Of a stretch of 64,000 nt of DNA, positions 51,561 through 64,000 are shown piece by piece; the first letter of the stretch is position 1; each line of letters opens with the position of its first letter. This DNA is from Octopus sinensis (Eukaryota). The notes under the pieces were generated by a model that saw nothing but the letters and a program-made list of their open reading frames with translations, ran no database searches and was not told the DNA's origin. A program made the translations under genes and the position numbers. Location of the stretch: positions 38,626,001-38,690,000 of the forward strand of contig NC_043010.1 of NCBI RefSeq assembly GCF_006345805.1. Reading direction: 5' to 3'.

Positions 51561-52399
51561 CACGGAGAACAATGGAAAAAAGAAGAAAAAGAAAAATGAC
51601 GTACATATTCAGTCTAACGTGTTCCAGCAAGCGTGACACCCTGGGAAAGTGTCTTCTGCTATAGTCTCGGGCCGACAAATATCTTGTGAATGGATCTGGT
51701 AGACGGAAACTGAAAGAAGCTCGTCGTATGTATATATGTATGCATGCATGCATGCATGTATGTATATATATTCACACGCACATGCAGGGTGCGATGAGTA
51801 AATTGTCGCCATTTTATATTTTAAATTTCGCGCATACATGCGCATTGCCTTTTTATGATTTTGTCGACTACACAGTATAGTAGGGTCAGTTGAGTACCGT
51901 GCTGTTTCTATATGGTTGAATCGCTTCAGTCCAATCTATAAACAATAAATTAATAAATATAAACAAGAACAGACGTTCTTGTCTATAGAACTCATCAAAC
52001 AAATTAAATGCCGATGCGTGTTGATATGAAGCACACCGATGATAAATTATACTTGTTTAATAGAGCTAATAACACGTTAGGCTATTGTGTGTTTAATTAT
52101 CGTATTCAGCGGGGGCACCGGAATTACTGGCGCCAGACATATGTATATTCGTCACAAGTCTCTGCCATATGTGCAGAGCAGGTCATGTGGAATAATGGCA
52201 AGCTGTCAAAAGTACATGAGCGCCTGAGGATTGTGAATGAGACTCGCAAGTGACTGGCAATCCGGAAAAAGCGAAAAACATTACAGTAAATCTATAGATC
52301 TTAGACTTTTAACCTTACTGTGCCATGAGATTACCGCGCGATGTATACGGCGTAATAATCTCTTTGAAAGTTTGTTCAAAAGCTGTGGACTTCAAAGAG

Positions 52400-52520
52400 T
52401 TCATACATACATACATACATACATACATACATACATACATACATACATACATACATACATGCATACATACATACATACATACATACATACATACATACAT
52501 ACATACATACATACATGCAT
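52400..52520. repeat. (CATA)n microsatellite
   Basis: Direct reading. Confidence 0.95.
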
Positions 52521-52821
52521 ACATACATACATACACGCACATCTACATATATGTACAAATACATACGCAGAAATACATATACATTATATACACAAATATA
52601 TGTATACGTTTATATATGTGTATACACATATGTACACGTACATATGTATCTATGTATGTACGTACGTACGTATGTATACACACACATACACCTATAGATA
52701 TATGAATGTATATATACATATTTCTATGCACATATTCTTCATATGTCTATATAAGTGACTGTATGTTGTATGGCCGTCTTCATGGATGTATTTATATACA
52801 TGCATACGTACACATACATAG

Positions 52822-52854
<33 letters not shown>

Positions 52855-52869
52855 TATGTATGTATATTA

Positions 52870-52901
<32 letters not shown>

Positions 52902-54207
52902 AACATACATACACACACATATATAAACGTAGACACATGCGCCGCACACACATACACGCTACACACTCATGCACACATATATATATGTATTCCAGTTTCG
53001 CTTTGTCAGACTGTAATTGCTTTATGCAGTGAAGTTTATTGAATTTGTAAGTTTTTAACGCTTCGCCTTTCCTCCGATTCTGGCAAAGCTTCATCCCCAC
53101 CTCTTCCTTCACCTCATCGTCTTTTTTCTTTACTGTGAACTTTTCTCTCCCTCTCTCACACACACATCAAAAGACTATTTTCGGCGCTCTCCAAATCAAT
53201 TGAATACATCGTTGTTGATTAACGCCATATTGGCTCTGATAAAACAAACGAACTCTCGGGTCAAAGACATTCTAACCATGACCATCAAGTGTATTTCTTT
53301 TTATTTTCAAACGTTCTGCACTAATAGCTACATTGAACAATGAAACCGATCATTGCACGAGTTAGTATTTTGAAAGACTTTCAAGTGTTATGTGACGGAG
53401 ATTTTCCGCAGATGTTTTAGCAATTTGTAATCAAAAAAGAAAAAACATTCCAACCGTGACCAACTTGTGAGTTTTCTTTCTTAAAATATATTACATCTGA
53501 ACTACTATGGAATTAGTGCTATTTTAAAAGAGTTACTATCGAGTTAGTTAAGTGTTATTTGACGGACATTTTCGTAAATATTTTAGTAGTTAGCAAAAAT
53601 TTATAGAAGCTTTTTAAATAGTACAACCAAGTTTATTTTTTCTTCTGCTGAGAAGAAAATGGAGGAGTTTTAGGTGGAAAGTTAGAAATTGCATTTCTCT
53701 ACTGCATGCAAACTTAATCAAATTTGTGAAGCTTGTCAACACATTTTTATCAAGCCAAAGAAGCAATAGGCTTTTGGACAGTGTCTTCTTTTGTTCATTT
53801 ACATTGGAATAATCCATTTCTAGTGCTGTATCACACTATATATAAGAAATATGCACTGAAGAATTTCTAAGTTCAGTAAAGTATAAAAATATAAATCTAT
53901 ACCATTACTAATAATTTTTATTTTGTATATTGTGTTTTGTGAAGAAAAGTAGGTTTTCGTGTTTTCGTGTTTCAAATGAACAGAACCAGATTCTTTAATT
54001 GTATTCACAAACGGCATATTTAGATTTTCTGCCCATATATAGCGACGATGTATACTGAGACATGCATACATACATACGTACATACATATATAAATACATG
54101 CATACATACATACATACATACATATATATACATAGATACATGCAAGCATGCATCCATCCATAAGTGCATGCATTCATGTATACATCCATACATTCACGTA
54201 TACTTAA

Positions 54208-54263
<56 letters not shown>

Positions 54264-54383
54264 TTATCTCTCTCTCTATATATATATATATATATAAATT
54301 AGTAATGCTATACATTAGCGTCGTATTATTACGTTCGCTATTTCCAGTAAATATCGGTACTTCGTTGTGCCATTTATTTACTT

Positions 54384-54447
<64 letters not shown>

Positions 54448-54448
<1 letters not shown>

Positions 54449-54853
54449 TCTTTTACTCTTTTACTTGTTTCAGTCATTTGACTGTGGCCATGTTGGGGCA
54501 CCACCTTTAATCGAGCAACTCCACCCCGGGACTTATTCTTTTGTAAGCCCAGTACTTATTCTATCGGTATCTTTTACCGAACCGCTAAGTAACGGGGACA
54601 TAAACACACCAGCATCGGTTGTCAAGCAATGGTAGGGGGACAAACACAGACACACAAACACACACATGCATATCCATATATATATACATATATACGACAG
54701 GCTTCTTTTCAGTTTCCGTCTACCAAATCCACTCACAAGGCTTTGGTCGGCCCGAGGCTATAGCAGAAGACACTTGCCCAAGGTCCCATGCAGTGGGACT
54801 GAACCTGGAACCATGTGGTTGGTAAACAAGCTACTTACCACACAGCCACTCCT
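54448..54853 (-). mobile_element. SINE family 1, full length, little diverged
   Basis: Complete head, body and tail, flanked by (TA)n. Confidence 0.92.
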
Positions 54854-54866
54854 GTATATATATATA

Positions 54867-54918
<52 letters not shown>

Positions 54919-55241
54919 CTTTATGTGCACTGAATTTTTATTTATTTGTATTGCTTTTACGTCCTGTTCTTGTCACTTTTTTTTACCCCCCTGCAAAAGA
55001 ATTTTATTTAAATTCATTTTGCAGGAAGGACTGTTTCGGCCGGATCGTGTTCTGCCCTTATCTTAGAAACACGCATTTAGTCGAACTAGGGGCAGCTGAT
55101 GAAGGGGAATATTCCTTGTATTGTTTGTCTTGTACTCTGTTTTTTCATTGTTAAAAAAAGTCTGTTTCCTTGTTTGTTTTTATGTTTTCGTTTCTCGTTG
55201 TGTTCTAGGTTTATTTGTGGTGTCCTGTACTCATATTATAT

Positions 55242-55273
<32 letters not shown>

Positions 55274-55471
55274 CATATCTATATATGCATGTATATATAC
55301 ATATAAATGTAGGCATGTACATATATGTATGTATGCATATGTTTTATCTGTTAAATTGTTAGTGTGTGTGTATATATATATATATATGCACAACACGAAT
55401 TAATATTTTTGTAGAAACAAAAAGGTTTATAGGACTGCAAAAAGAAGTACTCAAATAAAAATGAGACGGAA

Positions 55472-55908
55472 ATAAAGAAGCATTAGTTATAGAACAAACA
55501 TATTTGGGTCAAAGACCTTATATACAACAACACCCTTCAAACATTTAATCATATATAAAAATCACCATGGTTTACAAACACATAAAAAATAATACATATA
55601 CATAAAATCACAGAAGTTAAAACTGTATAATCGAATAAAATACCAAATAGAACGGCCTATCAAAAATGTTAAATATAAACGGCTAAAAATTAAAAAACCT
55701 ACCAAAAGATCTAATAGACAACTATGAAATAAAGATAAAAATAAAATAAAATAAATATCCACCGACTAATAATGTTTTCTCAAACGATTAAAATATCAAA
55801 AAAAATCTTTTTATTTAATTTTTTTTTATTAAATGTCTGAGGGGTGGTTTTGTATGTAAAGTCGTTGACCCAAACTTAATGTTTGATCTATAACCAATGC
55901 TTCTTTAT
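55472..55908. repeat. Inverted repeat (arms 55472-55549 and 55828-55908)
   Basis: ataaagaagcattagttatagaacaaaca...acatttaat pairs with attaaatgt...tgtttgatctataaccaatgcttctttat. Confidence 0.8.
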
Positions 55909-56030
55909 ATATGTATATATATATATATTTATAAATATATATATATGTATATATATAAATATATATATATATGCACACATATGTATATATGTGTATATAT
56001 ATATGTTTATATATATATACCTATATATAG

Positions 56031-56064
<34 letters not shown>

Positions 56065-56124
56065 GTACGTACGATGTATGGGTGTATGTATGATCGACCG
56101 ATAGCCACTAAAGATTTTTTTTAT

Positions 56125-56270
56125 TCTCTCTCTGTTTATTTTCTCGTGTTCCTTTCTGTTGAAGAGCGTAGGCTCGAAGCATAAAAGACTTTCTTACCTT
56201 CCCAAGCGTTAAACTAATACATCTGTTTGTTGCTTACACACCTGTCTTTGTCTATTGTTTTTTTTTGTAC
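56125..56270 (+). mobile_element. Family P1 pLTR-type repeat with HHR-like motif at 56152-56187
   Basis: cctttctgttgaagagcgtaggctcgaagcataaaagac. Confidence 0.72.
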
Positions 56271-56432
56271 AGTCCAAGTATATATTTGGAATATGTATGG
56301 ATGGAATATATTTGGAGGCGTCGTTGACTCGAATTTGATGTTTCTTCTGTAATCAATGCTCATTTTTATCTCTGTTTCAATTTCAGCATTTAGATCGTTG
56401 ACTCTTATGATTACATATGTATATAAATATAT

Positions 56433-56467
<35 letters not shown>

Positions 56468-56647
56468 TATATATATATATATATACATATATATATACGA
56501 CAAGAGATAATTTTTGCCTCTTTTTATGGAGACAAAATGGTTTTTAAGACTTCAAATATGAAGCGGTCAAATGTAATTGAGACAGAGATAAAAAAACATT
56601 GATCAGAGAAGAAACATCAAATTGAGTCAACGACGCTTCCAAAGATT

Positions 56648-56683
<36 letters not shown>

Positions 56684-56762
56684 ATACACATATATATACA
56701 CATATACACATACATACATTCATACATACATACATGCATACTTACATACATGCATACATACC

Positions 56763-56798
<36 letters not shown>

Positions 56799-56816
56799 TT
56801 TATATTATATTATATA

Positions 56817-56869
<53 letters not shown>

Positions 56870-57488
56870 TTCAAAAAAATTTAGATTCAGATGAATATGG
56901 TACTTATGTTGAGGCACTAGAATTTAGTACGGTATTATCCATAAATTTCAAAATAAGGTGATTAGAACCAAAATAAGCAACAAGGATTTCTAGAGGTAAT
57001 GTTGTACGATCGTTTCACGCATTTCCATTTAACTGAACAATGCAACCATTACTTCAATTTAAATGCAGAGCAATCTTCAGTTATACATAGATATAGAATT
57101 TAATTTAAATTAAAATGCAAGGACACATTAGTATAATTTTACCTAAAAGTTAATGAGATAGACAAAGAACATGCTGCCTTCACTCCCACTTAGAAGGTAC
57201 GAAGGTATCAGGAAGAAAGACTTCTTACAGATTTTACTTGTCACTATTTTATGGGGTCAGTTTTAATTTATAGACTAATTTTATCAAATCCTTGTATATC
57301 TAAGGCCGAGAGAACAGGGGCAGTGTCTGTTAGGGGTAGGGCTGAGGGAGCAGACATAAATCATAATGGGTATAGTCATAAAAATCAAGATTTATAAGAA
57401 GCAATATCATGATATTTGGTAAAGGAAAACTTAAGTCAAGATGGCAATAATAAATCTCTGAACGAGATATAAACAGTAACCGCTCGAC

Positions 57489-57765
57489 AACGTAAGGTGT
57501 ACTAGCCATCTGAATGTGGCTAGCCCCACTGGGGGTGGGGTGTTACTGATGCTTTTAGCCCCAGGCGATCAACGTCACCAGATGGACTTTAGACACTATC
57601 TCATAGGTTTTCGAGGGAGGATGACCTCCCTTTGCAAATAACACAAGGGCACTGAGATAGTGTCTAAAGTCCATCTGGTGACGTTGATCGCCTGGGGCTA
57701 AAAGCATCAGTAACACCCCACCCCCAGTGGCTAGCCACATTCAGATGGCTAGTACACCTTATGTT
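57489..57765. repeat. Near-perfect GC-rich inverted repeat (arms 57489-57603 and 57653-57765, 49-nt spacer)
   Basis: The arms differ by a 2-nt indel and one CpG-type transition. The spacer holds its own hairpin GGGAGG-atga-CCTCCC. Confidence 0.95.
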
Positions 57766-57789
57766 AAGTCAAGATATTAGCTGACAATT

Positions 57790-58430
57790 AAAGAGGCCAG
57801 CCACCAGCAGACCATTGATAATGAAACAGGGGAAATCTTATCCGAAAGAATGAAAGGCAAAGTTGACCTGGGGCAGAATTTGGACTCAGAACACGAAGGC
57901 GGACAAAACACTGCTAAGAATTTTGACTGGTGTTGTAAAGATCCTGTCAGCTCTCCGCCTTGGCATTGAAGGTAATATTCATTTCAAATTTTGGCACAAG
58001 GCCAGAAATTTCTGGTGTGTGTATGGGTAAGGGGTGAGACGATTACACCGACTCCGGTACTCAGTGGTATTACTTTTATCGACGCAAGAAAGATAAGAGA
58101 TAAAGCTGACTTCGGCGGAATTTGAGTTCATAACGTGAAGATCGATGAAATGCCGCTAAGCGTTTCGTCCAAAGAGCTAACGATTGTGCCATCTCGCCGC
58201 CCTAGCATTGAAGTAATATTGGCTTCAAATTTTGGTACAAGGCCAGCAATTTCGGGGCTGAGACGGACGTAAATCGATGACATCAACCCAAGTGCTCAAC
58301 TGGTACTTATTTTATCGACCTCAAAAATGAGAAAAGTTAGAGTTGACCTTGGCGGAATACGAACATAGAATATAAAGATGGGACAAAATGCCGCTAAGCA
58401 TTTTACCCGGAGAGTTAAAGATTCGGCGCC
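57790..58430 (-). mobile_element. Three tandem, diverged family 2 SINEs
   Basis: Three successive ggcggaattt/gcagaattt...gctaag...ctcgccgcc units. attgaagtaatatt-like spacer repeated. Confidence 0.8.
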
Positions 58431-59374
58431 TTGTATTAGTGAAGGTAATATTAAATCAAGAAAGCTAAACCATCATAAGTACAAATAAACCTAACTAATT
58501 ATATCCAATTATGGCCTCAGATATATTTACGTTCATGAAATTTTAATCATAGCCCATTAGCTTTACGTTGCGCTTAAGTGTTTGTGGTTTGAAATTTTTA
58601 TGACAAAAAGAAAAAAGAATAAACAGTATAAATTCTCATGTTTGTTTTTGTTATTATTATTGTTCTCTCTATCGTTATGTTTCATTTATTTGTTTTGTCT
58701 TTTTTCTTTATGGATTTTTGCATGTTTTTTTTTTCTAATTTGTATTTTTGTTGTTGGTGTTTTGTTCTATGATGGCGGAAACAAAAACATTATCATAAAT
58801 ACTATATGAACATACAAATATTGCTGCACCCTGCTGTGTGCGTTTACGTGCGTGAATGTGTGTGTATGTGAGAGAGTATGCACGTATGCTCATATTATAC
58901 ATATCAATAAATTAAAATCGAGCTTTCTACCTATATATCTATTTATCTGTTCCTCAGTATGTTTGTCTGTCACTCTATATATTCATATGTGTTTGCGTGT
59001 GTGTGTGTGTGTGAGTGTGTGTAGTTATGTGAAATATATATGCATATATATATATTTGTATATATATATATATATTATATATATATATATATATAATATA
59101 TATATATATATGTATGCGTTGTGCTGAATATGTACATGCAGAGAGAGAGGAGAGAGAGAGAAGAAAGAGAGCAAGCAAGAAAGAGAGAAATAGTGTGTGT
59201 GTTTGTGAAGGGAAAGAGAGGCAGGGGGAGGGAAGGGAGAAACAAGCAATGATATTGATATATAAACACGCATATATACACACATATATATATACATATA
59301 TACATGCATATATATAAATATATATATACATATATATACATACACTCTTATAACATATATACACATATATATAC

Positions 59375-59437
<63 letters not shown>

Positions 59438-59662
59438 CATATGTACATATATCTATAACATTTCCATATTGGAATTATGAGTCTAAGACAAAATGTGTCA
59501 CATGATTTGCACGAAACGGTGAGCATTTATTGGTTGGTAAATGTGAATGTGTGTTTTCATATCCGTTTATTAATGGTATTACGGCATCTTTGCGCATGTA
59601 AGTGTATATCGAGTTCAGAATTTTTATACACATATACGCGCATACATACGCATAGACACACA

Positions 59663-59713
<51 letters not shown>

Positions 59714-60689
59714 CGCTACATATGTTGCCTGTTACTATGTGTGTGTGTATGTGAGAGAGAGAGAGAATGTGTGTGTGAATGTATGTGTGTATGTGAGAGA
59801 GAGATTAGAATAAGAGATAGTGAGGGTGAGAGAGCGCGAGTGGGGGAAGAGAGATAGTTCCGAGAGAGAGAGAGAGAGAAAGAGAGAAAAGAGTGTGCGA
59901 GAGAGATTTTGCGTGCATGAGTGCGTGCGCGTGTGAGTAAACGAGAGTGTATGTATGAGAGAGAGAGAGAGAAAGAAAGAAAGAAAGAAAGAAAGAGGGA
60001 ATGAAAGAGTGTGCATATGTGTGTTTGTGTGTCTGTATTTGTGTGTGAGAAAGAGATATGAAGAAGTAGGATGTATGCGTGTGTACATGTGTATAAGTGT
60101 GTGCATATGTGTGTTTGTGAGAAAGGGAGAGAGATAAAGAGAGAGTATATGTATGTGTGTGTGTATGTGCATGTATATATGTTCGTGTACATGTGTGTAT
60201 GTGTGTGTGCATATGATTTGTAAGTCCCTAAAATAGTCAGCCATATTTTGATTCCAAAATATTCCTATACTGAACCCAATTAACGGAATCTTTAACCCGC
60301 GTCTAATAAAAATACCAACTATTCCGTTAAATTACATTTAACAAAACGTCACTGTTATTACCAAATATATGCCCTAGTTGTTTAGCCCTAGGCTGGCCCT
60401 GCTCAAACAGCTTTGTGGTGAAAATGATCCAGCTTTCGACAGCCGTCATTTTCTCGATCATAGCGTGCCACTCTGGGATACGCTATACAGTGCGGCCATT
60501 TTATATTAGTCTTTATGGCTATATTTACCATGTTAACCTACCATGTAGGCGCTATCACATTGACCCACTTAACACGTACAATAATCTCGCGACTATCGCG
60601 GGTGTTACATTAAAAAAAACCCTCTGCGATAGGTGAAAATCCGCGAAGTAAAAACATTTTTATAATTTGTATAACTTAGAAAACTTAGA

Positions 60690-61145
60690 TTGGCCCAGGC
60701 CACGACTAACTCAATAGTACCACCTGGGAAAGTCTTTTAGTTAATTATTTCGGGACATCATGGACCACTCACGCAGAAATTTATTGTTGGTTGAGACATA
60801 TGCAGGTTTAGGTGGTTCATCCGGTATTTACTAGAGGAATTTTCCACGCACCGTTTGAAAGTTGTGGGTCTTTTTTTACTTAAATTTCTTTCGGGATAAC
60901 ATTGCGAAGATCAGTGAAGAAATTGTGTCGCAATTTTCTTATGTGATGTGATCTCGACCTTTGTAGGGGATGCATTGCACGGGAGCCTAGTCTTGGGTGA
61001 ATTATTAACATAATACCGATATCATTTGGATAATATTGGTGGAATATTTTCCACATGGTGCAAATAATGTATCGCTCACGGTGGCGTTTCAGAGAATAGA
61101 GTTCCAGCTGATTAAGTCTAGCCCAAGAATCAAGCCCCATCATTC
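60690..61145 (-). mobile_element. CR1/L2-group LINE 3' end nested in the Tigger-like MITE
   Basis: LDSWARLNQLELYSLKRHRERYII..MWKI...PNDIGI...HPRLG...IPKEI...IPDEPPKPAYVSTNNK. Confidence 0.85.
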
Positions 61146-61521
61146 CATTTACTTTATTAGTGATTGATCTTTGTTATGCTACGATCCTCATTATGTCTTC
61201 TTTTATTTTTTTTTGTAGGGGGACCACAATGGCAGCATTATTATAAATGCAAAACAATAGCACACACTCACCTCCTGAGTTTCAGTTTCCATACAGTGCG
61301 TGCGATTATTTGTTTACTCATCTACGGTACACTACGTATTTTCTTTTAATATATTTAATTAACATGTTATACAGTGCAGTACTGTACTGTATTTTAATTT
61401 ATTAACATTTAGGAATAATTCATTTTTAGAAATAATTGAAATCTAAAAAATATAAATTCCTATCGGCCGAGGAAACCCGCGATATACTGAGGAGTCCGCG
61501 ATATTAATTTAGATATATTCT

Positions 61522-61668
61522 TTACGACTATAGGCACAAGGCCCGAAATTTTGGGGGAGGTGGGTCAGTTAATTAGATCGACCCCAATACGCAACTGGTA
61601 TTTAATTTATCGACCCCGAAAGGATGAAAGGCAGAGTCGACCTGCGCGAAATTTGAACTCAGAACGAA
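61522..61668 (-). mobile_element. Family 2 SINE (tail 1, 5'-truncated) nested in the MITE
   Basis: ggcacaaggcccgaaattttggggg...gatcgacccc...gaaatttgaactcagaacg. Confidence 0.85.
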
Positions 61669-61813
61669 ATTTGAATATATTAGCCAGAAAAATTTGAGAT
61701 GTACTGTGTGCGCGATAGATGAATCGCGATATACTGACTGAGTGATTGGTGAACCGCGATATGGCGAGGGATTACTGTATATGCTATAGTATATTAAGGC
61801 AACAGGGTAATAC

Positions 61814-62048
61814 CTATTTCTTTATTACCCACAAGGGGCTAAACATAGTGGGGACAAACAAGGACAGACATAGGTATTAAGTCGATTACATCGACCCCAG
61901 TGCGTAACTGGTACTTAATTTATCGACCCCGAAAGGATGAAAAGCAAAGTCGACCTCGGCGGAATTTGAACTCAGAACTAGCGGCAGACGAAATACCGCT
62001 CAGCATTTCGTCCGGCGCGCTAACGTTTCTGCCAGCTCGCCGCCTGTA
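61814..62048 (-). mobile_element. Family 2 SINE (tail 2), full length with 10-bp TSD
   Basis: TSD agggtaatac at 61804-61813 and 62049-62058. Confidence 0.92.
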
Positions 62049-62654
62049 AGGGTAATACCGTTAGAAGGAGAATCTAAGAAGGCAAAGGAGGAGGATGGAA
62101 TTCGGTTACTGAATACATTAAGAGAAGTGAAGAAAAGTTAAGAACAAGACAAGAAAAAATGAAATGTTTTAAAGAATTTAAAAAAAACCCAAAGAAACTC
62201 TCAAATATCGCTTAAAGAAAATAGTTGAAAGAAAAAAAATGAAAAGCATATTAAACTTAAAACAAACCGTCGAGGAAAATGTTTTTAGAACAACTCATGA
62301 AGTTTCAAATGTTCTCAAAGAATCTCAAATTATTCAAACGTTTTAGAGTTGCAAAGCTCTGAAACGTCTTCTACTAACGGTGTAACTCTGTTGTCTTACT
62401 ATACTATGCCATACCCATGTTGTCTGAGATACATAAGCATATTAAAGTGTATATGTATACATGTCTGAAGTTCAGATCCTATACATACATACATACATAC
62501 ATACATACATACATACATACATACATACATACATAGTACATACATACATAAATGCATACATACATATATGCATACACATACATCAATACATGCATTCAAA
62601 TATACATACATGAATACAAACATATACGTATGCATACATACATGTGAATATCTT

Positions 62655-63050
62655 TACCCTTTCACTATTTTACTTGTTTCAGTCATTTGACTGTGGCCAT
62701 GCTGGAGCACCGCCTTAAGAAGAAGAAATTGACCGCAGGACTTATGCTTTGGAAGCCTAGTACTTATTCTATCGGTTCTCTTTTGCCGAACCCTAAACAC
62801 ATCACCATCGGTTGTTATACGATGTTGGGGGGGGGGGGGAACAAACACAGACACACAAACATACACATACATACATTTATATATACATATATACGACGGG
62901 CTTCTTTCAGTTTGCGTCTACCAAATCCACTCACAAAGCTTTGGTTGGCCCAAGGCTATTGTAGAAGACACTCGCCCAAGGTGCTACGCAGTAGGAATGA
63001 AGACGGACCCATGTGGTTGGTAAGCAAGCTATTTATCACACAGTCACTCC
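62655..63050 (-). mobile_element. SINE family 1, full length
   Basis: Complete head, body and tail. Confidence 0.88.
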
Positions 63051-63458
63051 GAACTATTTTCAACTGGTCTGAAAGCTCTAGTTCCTATCTCCAGAATAGG
63101 AATTCACATTTATACCAATAATAAGCAGTGCCCTTGGTCTTGTTAGTAACAACCAGAATGGCAATCAGGAAAGCGGAAATTTTCAGAAAAGAAAAAATCA
63201 ACCGGCTAACACGCACATCACAAAAACAAACTTTAACCGGGATATTACGAATATGCAAAAGTCTTCCTGAAGTTTAAAATGTGAAACTGCATTCCAACGT
63301 TGTTAGAAACCTGCTCCTTCCTCAGATAAAGAATTTAAATAACGTAAAACAGAAGGGAATATACATGATTTCCTATATTTGAATACGTACGTACAAAGAC
63401 ACCCAGACATGTACAAGCAAGTATGTATGTATGTGGATATATATATATATATGCATAT

Positions 63459-63581
63459 AATAATAATAATACTAATAATATTAATAATAATATTAATAAT
63501 AATATTAATAATAATATTAATAATAATATTAATAATAATATTAATAATAATAATAATAATACTAATAATATTAATAATAAT

Positions 63582-63650
<69 letters not shown>
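63459..63650. repeat. (AAT)n with (AATAATAATATT)n higher-order units
   Basis: Direct reading. Confidence 0.95.
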
Positions 63651-63651
<1 letters not shown>

Positions 63652-63652
63652 G

Positions 63653-63962
63653 AAGGAAAATACACACGGCTTATATAGTTTTAATATATTATAAATTCAA
63701 AAGTATTGTGGTTGTCGACCGGTTTCGATTTCGTTAATCATGACATTGAAATTATTGTGATTTCGTATTTTCTTAAGTAGATTTTTGTCCATCTTCTAGT
63801 ATGAAAGTTTCATACAAGAACATGGACTAAAATCTTTTTAAGATAATACGAAATCACGATAATTTCAATGTCATGATTAGCGAAATGGAAACCGGCTGAC
63901 AACCACAATACTTTTGTATATAAAATATATTAAAACTATATAAGCCATGTGCATTTTCCCTT
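63653..63962. repeat. Long hairpin (arms ~155 bp, centre gtatgaaa-g-tttcatac at 63807), HHR-like motif in each arm
   Basis: ggaaaatacacacggcttatatagttttaatata...gtatgaaa pairs with tttcatac...tatattaaaactatataagccatgtgcattttcc. Confidence 0.9.
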
Positions 63963-64000
63963 TTTTATTTATGTATATTTTTGCAACTACAGCTCACTAC

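Larger units (their letters stand above)
60577..61779. mobile_element. Tigger/pogo-like MITE with nested insertions
   Basis: Left end TAcaataatctcgcgactatcgcgg and right end ccgcgatatggcgagggattactgTA (imperfect TIR, TA flanks). Internal ccgcgatat repeats. Confidence 0.7.

Noticed and set aside
53614-53817. Minus ORF with faint hAT C-terminal resemblance
   Set aside because: The motif match is too weak to call.
55030-55115. CTGATGA-AGGGGAATATTCCTT (+) and GGCC-GAAAC-A-GTC (-)
   Set aside because: The two half-motifs lie on opposite strands and neither completes a fold.

Overview
AT-rich, repeat-saturated eukaryotic DNA. The microsatellite load and tRNA-derived SINE families look like an octopus (coleoid cephalopod) genome; this is recognition, not a database result. 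I cannot support any host protein-coding gene: almost all listed ORFs are translations of (TA)n, (CA)n, (TATC)n, (TACA)n or (TAA)n arrays. Recognisable coding remnants are all transposon-derived: three mariner pieces, pogo/Tigger, hAT, CR1/L2-group LINE 3' ends, a Tx1-like LINE and an R4/Dong-like LINE. There is also a probable non-autonomous Helitron. The most striking unannotated layer is RNA structure. About 15 hammerhead-ribozyme (HHR) motifs from several Penelope-like/retrozyme-like families are present. Three have intact canonical cores and folds (14711-14771, 23103-23207, 37447-37529). One six-copy family has a non-canonical CUGUNGA core. Two fold-back elements carry 3-8 compensatory cores (U3-A8 and A3-U8). 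At least seven long inverted-repeat insertions are present, and one starts at a predicted self-cleavage site. One SINE subfamily appears to integrate at ATAC|CG, a site inside its own tRNA-like head, which builds nested SINE stacks. All folds were derived by eye and none was tested.
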